Shown one piece after another: positions 16,776 to 26,112 of a stretch of 38,678 nt of DNA. Each line of letters begins with the position of its first letter. Position 1 is the first letter of the stretch. The position numbers and the translations under genes were made by a program. The stretch comes from Candidatus Wolframiiraptor gerlachensis (lineage in GTDB: Archaea; Thermoproteota; Nitrososphaeria_A; Caldarchaeales; Wolframiiraptoraceae), in the NCBI GenBank assembly GCA_021323375.2, contig JAJPCT020000006.1, positions 1 to 38,678 of the forward strand, written 5' to 3'. Below the pieces are notes generated by a model. That model was not told the origin of the DNA. It was given only the letters and a program-made list of their open reading frames with translations, and ran no database searches.

Positions 16776-17285
16776 TTAATGACTGTTGCGCCCGCCCTCA
16801 CTAATCCTCTTTGCGAGGATCTTCATGAGCTCCTCCTCTTCCAGCGCATGTCTCTCATCTGGGGTGAGCTCATCGGGCAGCCAATCCGGCTTAGCCCTAT
16901 CCTTATAATATGCTCTTATCGCTCTTCTAAGAGCCCCGACCGCGAGGACTCCGCAATGATACTTTATTGGCGGCAATCCTCCAAGCTCATCTGATAACTG
17001 TTTCCAGCTTATGTTCCACGCATCCCTCAGGGTCATGCCCTTTATCATCTCTGTTAGCAGGCTTGCGGTCGCGATGTTCGCCGCGCATCCATAGCTCTCG
17101 AAAGATGCGTCAATTATCCTCTCCCTCTGATCATCTATCTTCAGGTATATTGTTATCATGTCTCCGCATGCGAGGCTCCCGGCGGTTGCAACCGCGTTAG
17201 CGTCCTCCATCCTCCCGAGATTCTTCGGATTCCTGAAGAGCTCCAAGACCTTCGGACTATAGGGGAGCGGTATCCTCGACGACAT
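16776..17285 (-). CDS. iscU: Fe-S cluster scaffold IscU/NifU-N
   Basis: YSPKVLELFRNPKN, ACGD, YGCA, KYHC. Confidence 0.9.
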   Translation of the reverse strand: MSSRIPLPYSPKVLELFRNPKNLGRMEDANAVATAGSLACGDMITIYLKIDDQRERIIDASFESYGCAANIATASLLTEMIKGMTLRDAWNISWKQLSDELGGLPPIKYHCGVLAVGALRRAIRAYYKDRAKPDWLPDELTPDERHALEEEELMKILAKRISEGGRNSH

Positions 17286-17287
17286 CG

Positions 17288-18532
17288 CTACATCACCACC
17301 CTCGGCGAGATCGCTCTAAGCCTTTTCACCGCCTCAGGCACCTGCTCCAAGACGTATTTTATATCATCTTCATCGTGCATCGGCGAGACCTTCATGAGTA
17401 TACTTCCATGCGCCACCTCATATGGCCTCTTGATCGCTAGTAGGACGTGAGATGGCTCGAGCGTTCTGCTGGTGCAGGCGCTGCCGCTCGAGACATATAC
17501 TCCCCGGAGACTCAGCTCGACCGTCAATGCCTCCCCCTCGCAGTAGAGGAAGCTCATGTTCACGTTGTCAGGCGCCCTCATATCGCCCTTCGGCCCATTC
17601 AATACAACATCATCAACTCTCTCAAATATTCCATCTATCAGCATGTCCCTTAGCCTCCTCATTCTCGAGCGATACTCGTCAAAGTTTTTCCTGAATAGCT
17701 CGAGCGCCCTCGCGAACCCAGCTATCGCTGGAATGTTCTCGGCCCCTGGCCAGAGCCTCTGTGAGCTTAATTGGCCATGGAGTATCGGCTCAAGCTTAAG
17801 ACCCTCCTTAACATAGAGGGCCCCAACGCCCTTTGGAGCGAATATCTTGTGACCGCTGAAGGATGCTATATCAACTCCGGCACTCTCGAGATCCAGCGGA
17901 ATCCTGCCCAAGGCATCGCATGCATCCGTATGGATTATCGCCCCGGGGCTCTTATCCTTAACAATCTCAGCGATGGCCCTGAGATCCTGGATCACGCCGA
18001 TCTCATGATTAACGGCCGCCACGCTCACCATCAACGTATCATCATCAACTTGGCCGGCGAGATAATCTAGGTCTATGAAGCCCTCCTCATCAACCGGTAT
18101 CTCCACGAGCTTGAAGCCATGTTCCTGAAGCCTCTCGGCGGGGAACTTCACGCTCAAGTGTTCTATCTGCGAGACGATTATCTTCCTCCGGCCGCAGCTC
18201 GCCCTAGCAAGCCCCATGACTGCCAGGTTATTCGCCTCCGTGCCGCTATGCGTGAACACCACCTCGCCATTATCCACTCCAATCAGATCCATTAAGCCCA
18301 GCTCAGCCTCCAGTATGGCCTCGAGGGCCCGCCACCCAGGCCTATGAGTTATCGAGGGATTACCATGGATCTTATAAGCCTCGTGAAGTGCCACCAAGGC
18401 CTCCTCAAAGACCAGGCCTGAGTTCTCTAAATCCAAGTAAACCTCGCGGTGAGGGCTGCCATGAGCTTTTACAAGCGACCTAACCTTTTCAAGCTGCTCC
18501 AGTAGATCTTCCCTCAATCCTCCCCCAGCCAT
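17288..18532 (-). CDS. iscS: Group I cysteine desulfurase
   Basis: FTHSGTEANN, NHEIG, SGHK (PLP Lys), SSGSACTS. Confidence 0.9.
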   Translation of the reverse strand: MAGGGLREDLLEQLEKVRSLVKAHGSPHREVYLDLENSGLVFEEALVALHEAYKIHGNPSITHRPGWRALEAILEAELGLMDLIGVDNGEVVFTHSGTEANNLAVMGLARASCGRRKIIVSQIEHLSVKFPAERLQEHGFKLVEIPVDEEGFIDLDYLAGQVDDDTLMVSVAAVNHEIGVIQDLRAIAEIVKDKSPGAIIHTDACDALGRIPLDLESAGVDIASFSGHKIFAPKGVGALYVKEGLKLEPILHGQLSSQRLWPGAENIPAIAGFARALELFRKNFDEYRSRMRRLRDMLIDGIFERVDDVVLNGPKGDMRAPDNVNMSFLYCEGEALTVELSLRGVYVSSGSACTSRTLEPSHVLLAIKRPYEVAHGSILMKVSPMHDEDDIKYVLEQVPEAVKRLRAISPRVVM

Positions 18533-18551
18533 CTTAGATAACCGTGTTATA

Positions 18552-18908
18552 TTAGCTTACTGTCCGGCTTCGGCCCCTCGGGGCCACACCATGCTTGCCC
18601 ATGACCCTCTTAACCGCGAGCTCGCATATCATGCAGAATGGCATATCCTCAGGTGGGGAACCTCTTGCAATCGCCTTCTCGACGTATGCATCTACGTAGT
18701 CCCGGATCTCCTTGGATCTTGATAGTATTCTCGCCATCTTGACCCCCCTCTTGGAGTTGAGGTAATGGCTTATCGAGGGCTGAGTTACCCCGAGGAGCTC
18801 CGCGACCTCTGCCTGGGTCAGATTATGCTCCTCTATAAGCTTCTTCGCTATCATCAGCCTGAGGGCAGGGATAACATATCGCGCTGAGATCTCGCACGGG
18901 AATCTCAA
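18552..18908 (-). CDS. HTH transcriptional regulator with Cys motifs
   Basis: PCE...IPALR, TQAEVAELLGVTQPSISHYL..KRG, C-terminal CMIC. Confidence 0.8.
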   Translation of the reverse strand: MRFPCEISARYVIPALRLMIAKKLIEEHNLTQAEVAELLGVTQPSISHYLNSKRGVKMARILSRSKEIRDYVDAYVEKAIARGSPPEDMPFCMICELAVKRVMGKHGVAPRGRSRTVS

Positions 18909-18955
18909 CCCAACTCCGGTATAAAATCTCGGATTACGCGGTTATAAAGATTCCC

Positions 18956-19195
18956 CTACACCTCGACGTATATCTCAAAGTAGTCGTCAACCTGCTTATA
19001 TCCGAGGAACTTATGTCCCGTCCTCGAAGCCCATTCTCTTATGTCATTTGGTGAGCGGGGATCGGTTGAGAGCAGCTTTATCCTCTGCCCTGGCTCAGCC
19101 CTCCTCATCACCCTTATCAGGCTTACGAGAGGGCCTGGGCAGGACTTATACCTCGCATCCACGACTAGTTCATCAGCCATCACCCGCCCCTCCAA
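18956..19195 (-). CDS. tusA: TusA/SirA-family sulfur carrier
   Basis: VDARYKSCPGP, TDP..DIREW. Confidence 0.85.
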   Translation of the reverse strand: MEGRVMADELVVDARYKSCPGPLVSLIRVMRRAEPGQRIKLLSTDPRSPNDIREWASRTGHKFLGYKQVDDYFEIYVEV

Positions 19196-19268
19196 TAATC
19201 CTCGCTGAGCATGCAGGAAATATAGCTTGACCTCCTCGAGCCGCAGAGAAGATCCTATCTTACTTCTT

Positions 19269-20495
19269 CTAGCTTTCTTTCATAAGCTCTCGGCATATGC
19301 GGCTTAGAACCTCCTCGAATACATCTAGCTCCTCCATTGTATTATAGAGGTAGAAGGATGCCCTGACAGAGCTCTGTATCCCGAGTATCTTATGTAGGGG
19401 CTGAGCACAATGATACCCCGACCTGACAGCGATGTTTCCATATTCATCTAAGAGTGCGGCGACCAGATCACCGCTCACGCCCCTTAGGTTGAATGAGACT
19501 ATCCCGCATCTCTCCTCTGGATTCCTCGGCCCATAAACCTCCACGCACTCAAGGCCTTCTAGGATCTCTAGAGCTCTCGCGGTCAACATTCTTTCATGCT
19601 CTCTTATCCAATCCATGCCCACGGACTTCAGGTATCTAACGGCCTCCGCCAACCCTATTGCTCCCGCGATGTTGGGGGTTCCGGGCTCAAACCTCCACGG
19701 CATCTCATTCAGCCTATAGCCATCAAGCTCGACATGCACGATCATCTCGCCCCCGCCGAATGGTGGATCAAGTTCCTCCTCAATACCCTCCCTGATGTAG
19801 AGGCATCCTATCCCTGTTGGGCCAAGGAGCTTATGGCCACTGAAGGTGAGGAAGTCGCATTCAAGATCCCTAACATTCACCGGCATATGTGGAACCGATT
19901 GAGCGGCATCTACGAGGACCAAGGACCCATGATCATGCGCCAGCCTCGCGATCCTCTTAACATCATTCATCGTCCCGAGCACGTTTGAGACATGGCATAT
20001 AGCGACCAGCCTTGTATTCTCCGTGATCTTCTCCTCGAGGCTCTCGAGATCAACCCTTCCCGGAGGCGATATCTCAGCATAGCTCAGCCTGAGACCGAAC
20101 CTCCTGCTAACTATCTGCCATGGTATCATGTTGGAGTGATGCTCCATGACCGATGATACTATTCCATCGCCCGGCCTCCACTTGATGCCATATGCCACTA
20201 AGTTTATCCCCTCTGTAGTGTTCTTCACGAAGACAAGCTCACTCGGCTTACAGCCTATGAAGCTCGCAACTTCGGCCCTCGACTCCTCATAAAGCTCCGT
20301 AGCCTCCTGCGAGAGGGCATAAACGCCCCGATGCACGTTAGCCGAGTAATCCTCATAATACCTTCTCACGGCATCTATAACCTGCCTCGGCTTCAAGCTC
20401 GTCGCAGCATTATCAAAATAGATCAGCGGCTTCCCATCCCACCGCCTCCTCGATAATGTCGGAAAATCATCCCTCAGCCTACTAGGATCCCTCAA
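19269..20495 (-). CDS. sufS: Group II cysteine desulfurase
   Basis: YFDNAATSLKP, NVHRG, MEHHSN, SGHK, RSGYHCAQP. Probable TTG start at 20495 (track 20618). Confidence 0.9.
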   Translation of the reverse strand: MRDPSRLRDDFPTLSRRRWDGKPLIYFDNAATSLKPRQVIDAVRRYYEDYSANVHRGVYALSQEATELYEESRAEVASFIGCKPSELVFVKNTTEGINLVAYGIKWRPGDGIVSSVMEHHSNMIPWQIVSRRFGLRLSYAEISPPGRVDLESLEEKITENTRLVAICHVSNVLGTMNDVKRIARLAHDHGSLVLVDAAQSVPHMPVNVRDLECDFLTFSGHKLLGPTGIGCLYIREGIEEELDPPFGGGEMIVHVELDGYRLNEMPWRFEPGTPNIAGAIGLAEAVRYLKSVGMDWIREHERMLTARALEILEGLECVEVYGPRNPEERCGIVSFNLRGVSGDLVAALLDEYGNIAVRSGYHCAQPLHKILGIQSSVRASFYLYNTMEELDVFEEVLSRICRELMKES

Positions 20496-20660
20496 GCACC
20501 AGCACCCTCTCACATAAGCGGATATGGGAGGATAATAAGGACTTGGCAAAAGATTTATAATGACACAGTTATATGCCGGCGAGAGACCTTTTCCAATACT
20601 CCCAGCGCATGCTTTCAAAGAAAAGGGGAAAAATAATGGATGTTCGGGTTGAGCTTGCTG

Positions 20661-21434
20661 CTAGCTCGAGAGGCTTATTGTTAGGCTTACGCTGGCTGTT
20701 ATCTCGCCCTCTCCAGGCGCTATCGGCACAGTGGCCATCTCCGCGGCTGATTTAATGATTATCGGCGGTGAGGTCTGCTGATGTGATATGCTTATGGATT
20801 CTATCTTGGCGATCCTTAGGCCTAGCTGTGATGCTGCGACCTCGGCCTTCTTCATCGCATCGCTTATCGCCGCCCTAATCGCCTGGTTTACGAGCTCCGA
20901 CTCCTTCTCCTTGGATAGCGTGAATTGGAGGCCATACATTCCATCAGCTCCGGCGGCGAAGGCGGCGTCAATCGCCTTACCTGCCAGCGATATATCCGAG
21001 ATCTCGACCATCAAGCTATAAGATGCCTCATAATCGACCAGCTTGGGCGGCCTCTGCTCCCAATCATATCTCGGATACACGTTTATTCCCGAGGTCCTCA
21101 TGTTATCCCTGCTTATCCCTAGGCTCTCCAAGGCCGAGAAGATCCTCGACATCTTCGAGGAGCATTCGCCCAACGCATCGGCTGCGGTCTTTCCATAGCC
21201 TAGCGCGACGAAAAACACCGTAATCCTATCCGGTACATAGGATGCCCTTCCATAGCCCGAGATCATCAAAGTAGTGTAGTTTTGGAGCTTAACACCATTA
21301 TTCTCCATACCTATATTAACCGCACCACTGACCGTTGGCGTAGCCTGCGCCGTCATCAAGCCCGCTATAGAGACGCCAAGAGCAGCAACAGCAATCAACC
21401 CGATGGCTAAAACCAAAGCCAGTATCCGATTCAT
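20661..21434 (-). CDS. SIMPL/DUF541 domain protein
   Basis: N-terminal TM; ISGYG...PD, INVYPRYD, AISDAMKKAE. Confidence 0.85.
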   Translation of the reverse strand: MNRILALVLAIGLIAVAALGVSIAGLMTAQATPTVSGAVNIGMENNGVKLQNYTTLMISGYGRASYVPDRITVFFVALGYGKTAADALGECSSKMSRIFSALESLGISRDNMRTSGINVYPRYDWEQRPPKLVDYEASYSLMVEISDISLAGKAIDAAFAAGADGMYGLQFTLSKEKESELVNQAIRAAISDAMKKAEVAASQLGLRIAKIESISISHQQTSPPIIIKSAAEMATVPIAPGEGEITASVSLTISLSS

Positions 21435-21539
21435 GCCTAAATCATGTTTCAGCACCTCTTTAATACTTGGGATCAGAACAGCCCCGTACTATGGTTCAGA
21501 ACAGCCTTGAGAAGAGAACATTGTTGGAGGAGAGAATAA

Positions 21540-21570
21540 TGGACCGGGCGGGGTTTGAACCCACGCCAAG
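21540..21570 (-). repeat. Partial intron-less copy of the tRNA-Ala 3' half (att-like)
   Basis: 21540-21561 matches 23063-23084 at 20/22 nt; the next 9 nt (cacgccaag) equal 23131-23139, the anticodon loop. Confidence 0.75.
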
Positions 21571-22056
21571 GGGGATAGTCCCCCTATAATCCAGTATTAT
21601 CAAGCTATTCAAGAACAAGAACACTTACAACGTTACTAGGATCATGTTCATTAAAAGTCCCGGAGACCTCATCCTCCTCGATAAACTTCTTTACAATCCT
21701 CTCTCGTCCGGCCTCAAGCTGACTACCCAAACATAAACCCCACGATTAGAGTCCCCATTTTCGGGATGGTCCTCAACAAATAAAGGAGGGCCTGTATTGT
21801 AGGGTTGTTGTGGGGGGAGGTTTATTGGGGTGAGTGGGCCTAGGATCTGGAGACCATATGAGAAGTTCGGAGGTTGTTTTAAAGATGCTGGGCTACTTGA
21901 TGATCTCACTAGGATGCTGAATTATACCAATGAGACGCTAGTTATTATCGAGTGTTACTGCCAAGTGGCTCGGTAATCCGTTGATAGAGAGATTGAAGGC
22001 AGAGATATACGAGCTGTTAGAGGAGGCCCTAGAGCGGCGGGGTAGACAGGAAGTCT

Positions 22057-22951
22057 GTGACAAAATGGAGGGTGAAGACAGTGAAGAAGTATAGGAGTCT
22101 TGAGGAGAGGCTCAGGTTCTATGAGCAGGTTATGAAGTTGAGGGGATTGGGGCTTAGTTATAAGCGGATAGCAAAGATTATTGAGGAGAGGTACGGCGTC
22201 CCGCTAAATCCGGGTATGATATGTAACTGGGTTAAGGGCAGATACCATCCTCTCGAGAGGTGTAACAGGATAGTTGAGGGGTCTGGGCTGGCATATGTCG
22301 TCGGTGCTTGGCTCGGGGATGGAGAGCTTAGTCGCGATAGGAGGAACTATGAATATTTTGTTAAGCTGGCTGTGAAGGATTATGATTTTGCCGAGGAGTG
22401 GGGTCGCCGTCTTGCAGAGGCCCTCGGCAGATCGAAGCCATATACGCCGAGGTGGGATGATAGTCTCCAGACATGGGTCGTCAAAGGATCCAGTATACTA
22501 TTATACAACCTGTTAAAGAGGGCTAAGGTGGATCCTTGGATTCTTATGATATACCTTTGATATACCTTGAGAAATATCCAGCAGAGGCGTGCCGTGGATT
22601 CTTCGATGCAGAAGGATGGGCTGAAGCCTACTATTATCGAATTGTAGCAGATAATACGAATTCCAGTATTATTGATTTATTTGGCCTGCTTCTTGAGAAA
22701 CTCGATATTAACTATAAAATATACCAATGTCATCAGAATGGGATGCTCGTAGACCCGAAATCCGGTAAAACGTATCGCCGTAATAGCGAGTTCATAATAT
22801 ACTTATTAGCGATATATGGAGAGGAGAACATCACATCCTGAAGTTTGCTGAGAAGGTTGGCTTCACGATTACACGGAAGCAAGTAGAGTTAATGAAACTA
22901 AGTGAGAAGATATCGAAAAAGGCTGAAGACGAAAATCTTAAACCCTCCTAA
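22057..22951 (+). pseudogene. HTH plus double-motif LAGLIDADG endonuclease, frameshifted twice
   Basis: HTH (GLSYKRIAKII...NWVKG); motif 1 LAYVVGAWLGDG; motif 2 CRGFFDAEG; C-terminal LKFAEKVGFTITRKQ. Frameshifts at tandem duplications 22547-22568 and 22828-22837. Confidence 0.85.
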
Positions 22952-23062
22952 GCCTTCTCTTTCCCTATCTTGAAGTCTTCATGCTCCTTTATATTGTTCT
23001 TGTCTGGAAAGTGGAATTAGGTGATAGGTTTTGGGCCGGGGGGCTTCTGAAGCCCCGTCTAT

Positions 23063-23188
23063 TGGACCGGGCGGGATTCGAACCTTATCGGCCAGCCCTC
23101 TGTTATCAGGGTCTGGCTCGCGACCTCCCGCACGCCAAGCGGGCGCTCATGGGGGGTTTAGAGGCTCTCCCAGCTGAGCTACCGGCCC
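23063..23188 (-). tRNA. tRNA-Ala(GGC) with introns at 22/23 (23148-23166) and 51/52 (23085-23118)
   Basis: Spliced: GGGCCGGTAGCTCAGCTGGGAG|AGCGCCCGCTTGGCGTGCGGGAGGTCGCG|GGTTCGAATCCCGCCCGGTCCA; G3:U70 Ala determinant; BHB at both junctions; CCA not encoded. Confidence 0.9.
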
Positions 23189-23216
23189 CTAGGTCATAGC
23201 TTATCTACTGGCTCGT

Positions 23217-23228
23217 CTTAAACCTTTC
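23217..23228 (-). promoter_or_regulatory. BRE/TATA of tRNA-Ala
   Basis: GAAAGGTTTAAG about 30 nt upstream of the tRNA 5' end. Confidence 0.6.
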
Positions 23229-23239
23229 AGGCTTTCCTG

Positions 23240-23419
23240 CTAGGCGAGTAGCTTCTTTGGCGTGAGCCACCTGTATTTCCTCCATTTCTTGGTTTCTCCG
23301 AAGCCGCAGTGTGCACATCTCCGCTTTGAGACGTTGAATGAATGCCTTCCGCATCGCCTGCATCTTATATGTGTCGGGCTCCTATTCCTCTTCCCGAATG
23401 ATGGCGTCCCCTTCGTCAT
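23240..23419 (-). CDS. rpl37e: 50S ribosomal protein L37e
   Basis: Not in ORF track: [59 protein letters not shown]; follows Lsm as usual in archaea. Confidence 0.95.
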   Translation of the reverse strand: MTKGTPSFGKRNRSPTHIRCRRCGRHSFNVSKRRCAHCGFGETKKWRKYRWLTPKKLLA

Positions 23420-23420
23420 T

Positions 23421-23663
23421 CTACTCTCCCTCCTTTACTGCTGGTGAGATCATCATAACATTATCTCCCCTGACGACTATTACCCCGAGCTGCTTCTGGG
23501 AGGTGTTGTCGTCGGAGATCTCTTCAGCCTGCTCGAGCACTAGGTTCATATGCTGATCATATCCCTGGAGTATTCCTCTAAGCAGCTTTCCACCCCTAAG
23601 TCTCACTAGTACTGTGCAGCCGAGGCTTTTCGCGAGTATCTTTAATGAGATGTCCGATGACAT
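23421..23663 (-). CDS. Sm-like (Lsm/SmAP1) RNA-binding protein
   Basis: [21 protein letters not shown]. Start 23663 preferred. Confidence 0.9.
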   Translation of the reverse strand: MSSDISLKILAKSLGCTVLVRLRGGKLLRGILQGYDQHMNLVLEQAEEISDDNTSQKQLGVIVVRGDNVMMISPAVKEGE

Positions 23664-23826
23664 CGCCTTTAGCCCAAGTCTTGGAGAATACATGGCAGAT
23701 AAAAATCTTTATCCCGACGAGGAATATCCAAGGATATATTCAACGCATATCGTGGAACATGCGGGCAGCCATCTCGGGAGCTATGCTTTTTGAGGGGTCC
23801 TGTATCCCTCGAGCTGGAGGATAATC

Positions 23827-24156
23827 ATGTCTGGGGAGGATGAGCTGATCAAGGATGTTGAGGAGGAGGTTAAGAGGCTTCTGGCCGAACGGAGGCAGGA
23901 ACGAGTGCAGAAGAAGCCCGCCCTACAGATATACTACTTCAAGTCTCCAGAGGAAATGCGTGAGGAGGATTTGATGATGGGCTTGAGGGATGGCGCGGTC
24001 TTGATCGCGCTTAAGGATGGGCCACCGGAAAATACGAGAAAACTTCTCGAGAATGTCTTAAGGATGGCTAAGCAGGCTGGTGGAGCCATCTATCTAATTA
24101 GATCACCCTCAATCCTCATTTTAGGTGAGGGCGCTAGGCTTGAGATCCGGGGCTAG
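23827..24156 (+). CDS. Divergent SepF-like protein (tentative)
   Basis: LRDGAVLIAL...helix...AKQAGGAIYLI...ILILGEG fits the SepF alpha/beta pattern, with GGAI for GGDI. Confidence 0.45.
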   Translation: MSGEDELIKDVEEEVKRLLAERRQERVQKKPALQIYYFKSPEEMREEDLMMGLRDGAVLIALKDGPPENTRKLLENVLRMAKQAGGAIYLIRSPSILILGEGARLEIRG

Positions 24157-24163
24157 CCGCCTC

Positions 24164-26089
24164 TCAGCTCTGGGACTCTAGGACTATTGATTCCAAGTTG
24201 TAGGGCGTGTATATCCTCGTGCCCTCTAGTATTCTTGAAGCGCTCTTCGCAAGGCTCATAACAGCCTCCGGCTCACCGTGCACCAAGATAAGCTTCCTCG
24301 GCCTCGGCTTGAATGCCTTAAGGTAGCTTAGTAGCTGCTGTCTGCTAGAGTGCCCAGAGAATCCGTCAACCTTATTGATCTCAAGCTTCACGTTGACTAT
24401 CTCCGTCCGCCCGGACTCATCCATGACCGGGAACTCCTTGACGCCTTTTAGGAGCTTTCTTCCAAGCGTCCCCTCAACCTGGTAGCTGACGAAGATAAGC
24501 ATGTTCCTCTCATCGGAGGCGAACTCCCTGAGATATGTGAGGATCGGTCCTCCCTCGAGCATACCTGACGTCGCCATTATTATCATGGGATCATCCGAGT
24601 TCAGGATCTCATCCCTCTGCTGCTGGCTCCTGACGGGGACGAAGTACTCGCTCATAAAGACGGAGCTGAGCTCATCAGACATGTCCCTCAACTCCTTCCT
24701 GAGGTAGCTCGGGTATGCCACGTGGATCGTGGTGGCCTCTATGAGGAGGCCATCTAGGAAGACTGGGACCTCGGGTATGGCCTTGGAAGCGAATAAGTGG
24801 TTTAGCACGAGCATTATCTCCTGAGCCCTTCCAACCGCTGGAACCGGTATCAGGACCTTCCCGCCGCGGTTTAGTGTCTTCTCGACATAGCTTGCGAGGA
24901 GCTGCTCGCTCTCCTCGCGCGTGAACTGTGTGGGCGTCGCGCCATACGTGCTCTCCATTATGAGCGTCTCGGCCCTCGGGAACTTCGTCACCGCCGCGTC
25001 CAGCGTCCTGCTCGCCTCATACTTGAAGTCACTCGTGTATATGACGTTGTGGAAGCCCTCGCCTATGTGAATATGCACTATCGCGGATCCCAGTATATGC
25101 CCAGCATTATAAAATGCTATCCTTATGTCTGGGGCGATATTCGTCACCATGCCATATGATAGTGGCACGGTATGCTGTATCGCGGTCATGACATCCCGCT
25201 CGCTATATGGCGCGAAGACCCCCTGCTTTCCCGCCACGTTTATGAAGTCTAGGTGCTGCATAAGCATCAGCGGGAGCGTTGGCTCGGTGCAGTAGACCGG
25301 GCCCCTATAGTCATATTTGAACAGGTATGGGACCATGCCCATGTGATCTAGGTGGGCGTGGGTTATCACGACCGCGTCAAGCTCCTCAGCGAGGTTCTCG
25401 ATGAAGTCGAATCTCGGTATCATCTCCATGTTGCCGGAGCCGCCTGGGGCGAACCCGCAGTCTAGGAGAACCTTGCTCTCCGTGGTCTGTAGGAGTATCG
25501 CGGATCTGCCGACCTGCATCCCCGACCCGAGTATCGTTATGACGGCGTCCTTTGTCTCGAAGACCTGGTTCCTGAATACCTTCTCGCCTATCCTCCTGAG
25601 TGCCTGGAGCCTCTCCTCCACATAGCCGTAGATTATGTTGTTTACTTGCTCTATGATCTTCGTTTCCATCGGCGGCTTTATGCTGATCGTGACTATCCAT
25701 CCTGTGGAGGCGCTGAGCTCCTTGACGATATCATCGCTCGGCGGCCGGACGCTTGGATCCAGCTCGACCACAACCTCGCCCATCAGGTCGTTGAAGAAGA
25801 GCCTTTTGATCCCCTTGATCCTCCTCCGCGCCTCGGCCTCAAATTCCTCCTTATCCACCCTTATCGACTCATCAGGCCTGATCACGACGCGCTTTTTTAT
25901 CAGGGTCACCAAGTCCTTCGCCACTTGATCCCTGTTGCTGAACATCTCCGGGTTCCTCGTGTAGATGGCGATTCGCGGGCCCTCGAACTCTATCTTCGTT
26001 ATCCCTGACTCCAGCGGATTCACGACAGAGAAGTATCTAATTATCTCCTGCCTAAGCCTATCAAGCGAGAAGAGCTCCTGTGATGTCAT
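24164..26089 (-). CDS. fttA: aCPSF1/FttA beta-CASP ribonuclease (KH-MBL), transcription termination factor
   Basis: IEFEGP KH N-terminus; THAHLDH; NAGHILGS; ESTYG; AVGRAQE; GFSGHS; downstream of psmB. Confidence 0.9.
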   Translation of the reverse strand: MTSQELFSLDRLRQEIIRYFSVVNPLESGITKIEFEGPRIAIYTRNPEMFSNRDQVAKDLVTLIKKRVVIRPDESIRVDKEEFEAEARRRIKGIKRLFFNDLMGEVVVELDPSVRPPSDDIVKELSASTGWIVTISIKPPMETKIIEQVNNIIYGYVEERLQALRRIGEKVFRNQVFETKDAVITILGSGMQVGRSAILLQTTESKVLLDCGFAPGGSGNMEMIPRFDFIENLAEELDAVVITHAHLDHMGMVPYLFKYDYRGPVYCTEPTLPLMLMQHLDFINVAGKQGVFAPYSERDVMTAIQHTVPLSYGMVTNIAPDIRIAFYNAGHILGSAIVHIHIGEGFHNVIYTSDFKYEASRTLDAAVTKFPRAETLIMESTYGATPTQFTREESEQLLASYVEKTLNRGGKVLIPVPAVGRAQEIMLVLNHLFASKAIPEVPVFLDGLLIEATTIHVAYPSYLRKELRDMSDELSSVFMSEYFVPVRSQQQRDEILNSDDPMIIMATSGMLEGGPILTYLREFASDERNMLIFVSYQVEGTLGRKLLKGVKEFPVMDESGRTEIVNVKLEINKVDGFSGHSSRQQLLSYLKAFKPRPRKLILVHGEPEAVMSLAKSASRILEGTRIYTPYNLESIVLESQS

Positions 26090-26112
26090 GATTGTGAGAC
26101 CAACCTCTTAAG

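Larger units (their letters stand above)
21540..23084. mobile_element. Degenerate element integrated at the tRNA-Ala 3' end
   Basis: Bounded by direct repeats of the tRNA 3' end; contains ORF fragments and a LAGLIDADG pseudogene; G/C hairpins just inside both ends (21569-21585, 23040-23056). Confidence 0.55.

Noticed and set aside
21605-22056. ORF fragments as split integrase halves
   Set aside because: No tyrosine recombinase R-H-R-Y motifs; pieces are short and unassignable.
23049-23060. GAAGCCCCGTCT as an IS200/IS605 (TnpB RNA) end
   Set aside because: No continuing hairpin of that type and no tnpA/tnpB nearby; it is one arm of a local hairpin.
22981-23199. 72-aa ORF (likewise the 29312-29546 ORFs)
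   Set aside because: They overlap tRNA genes; spurious.
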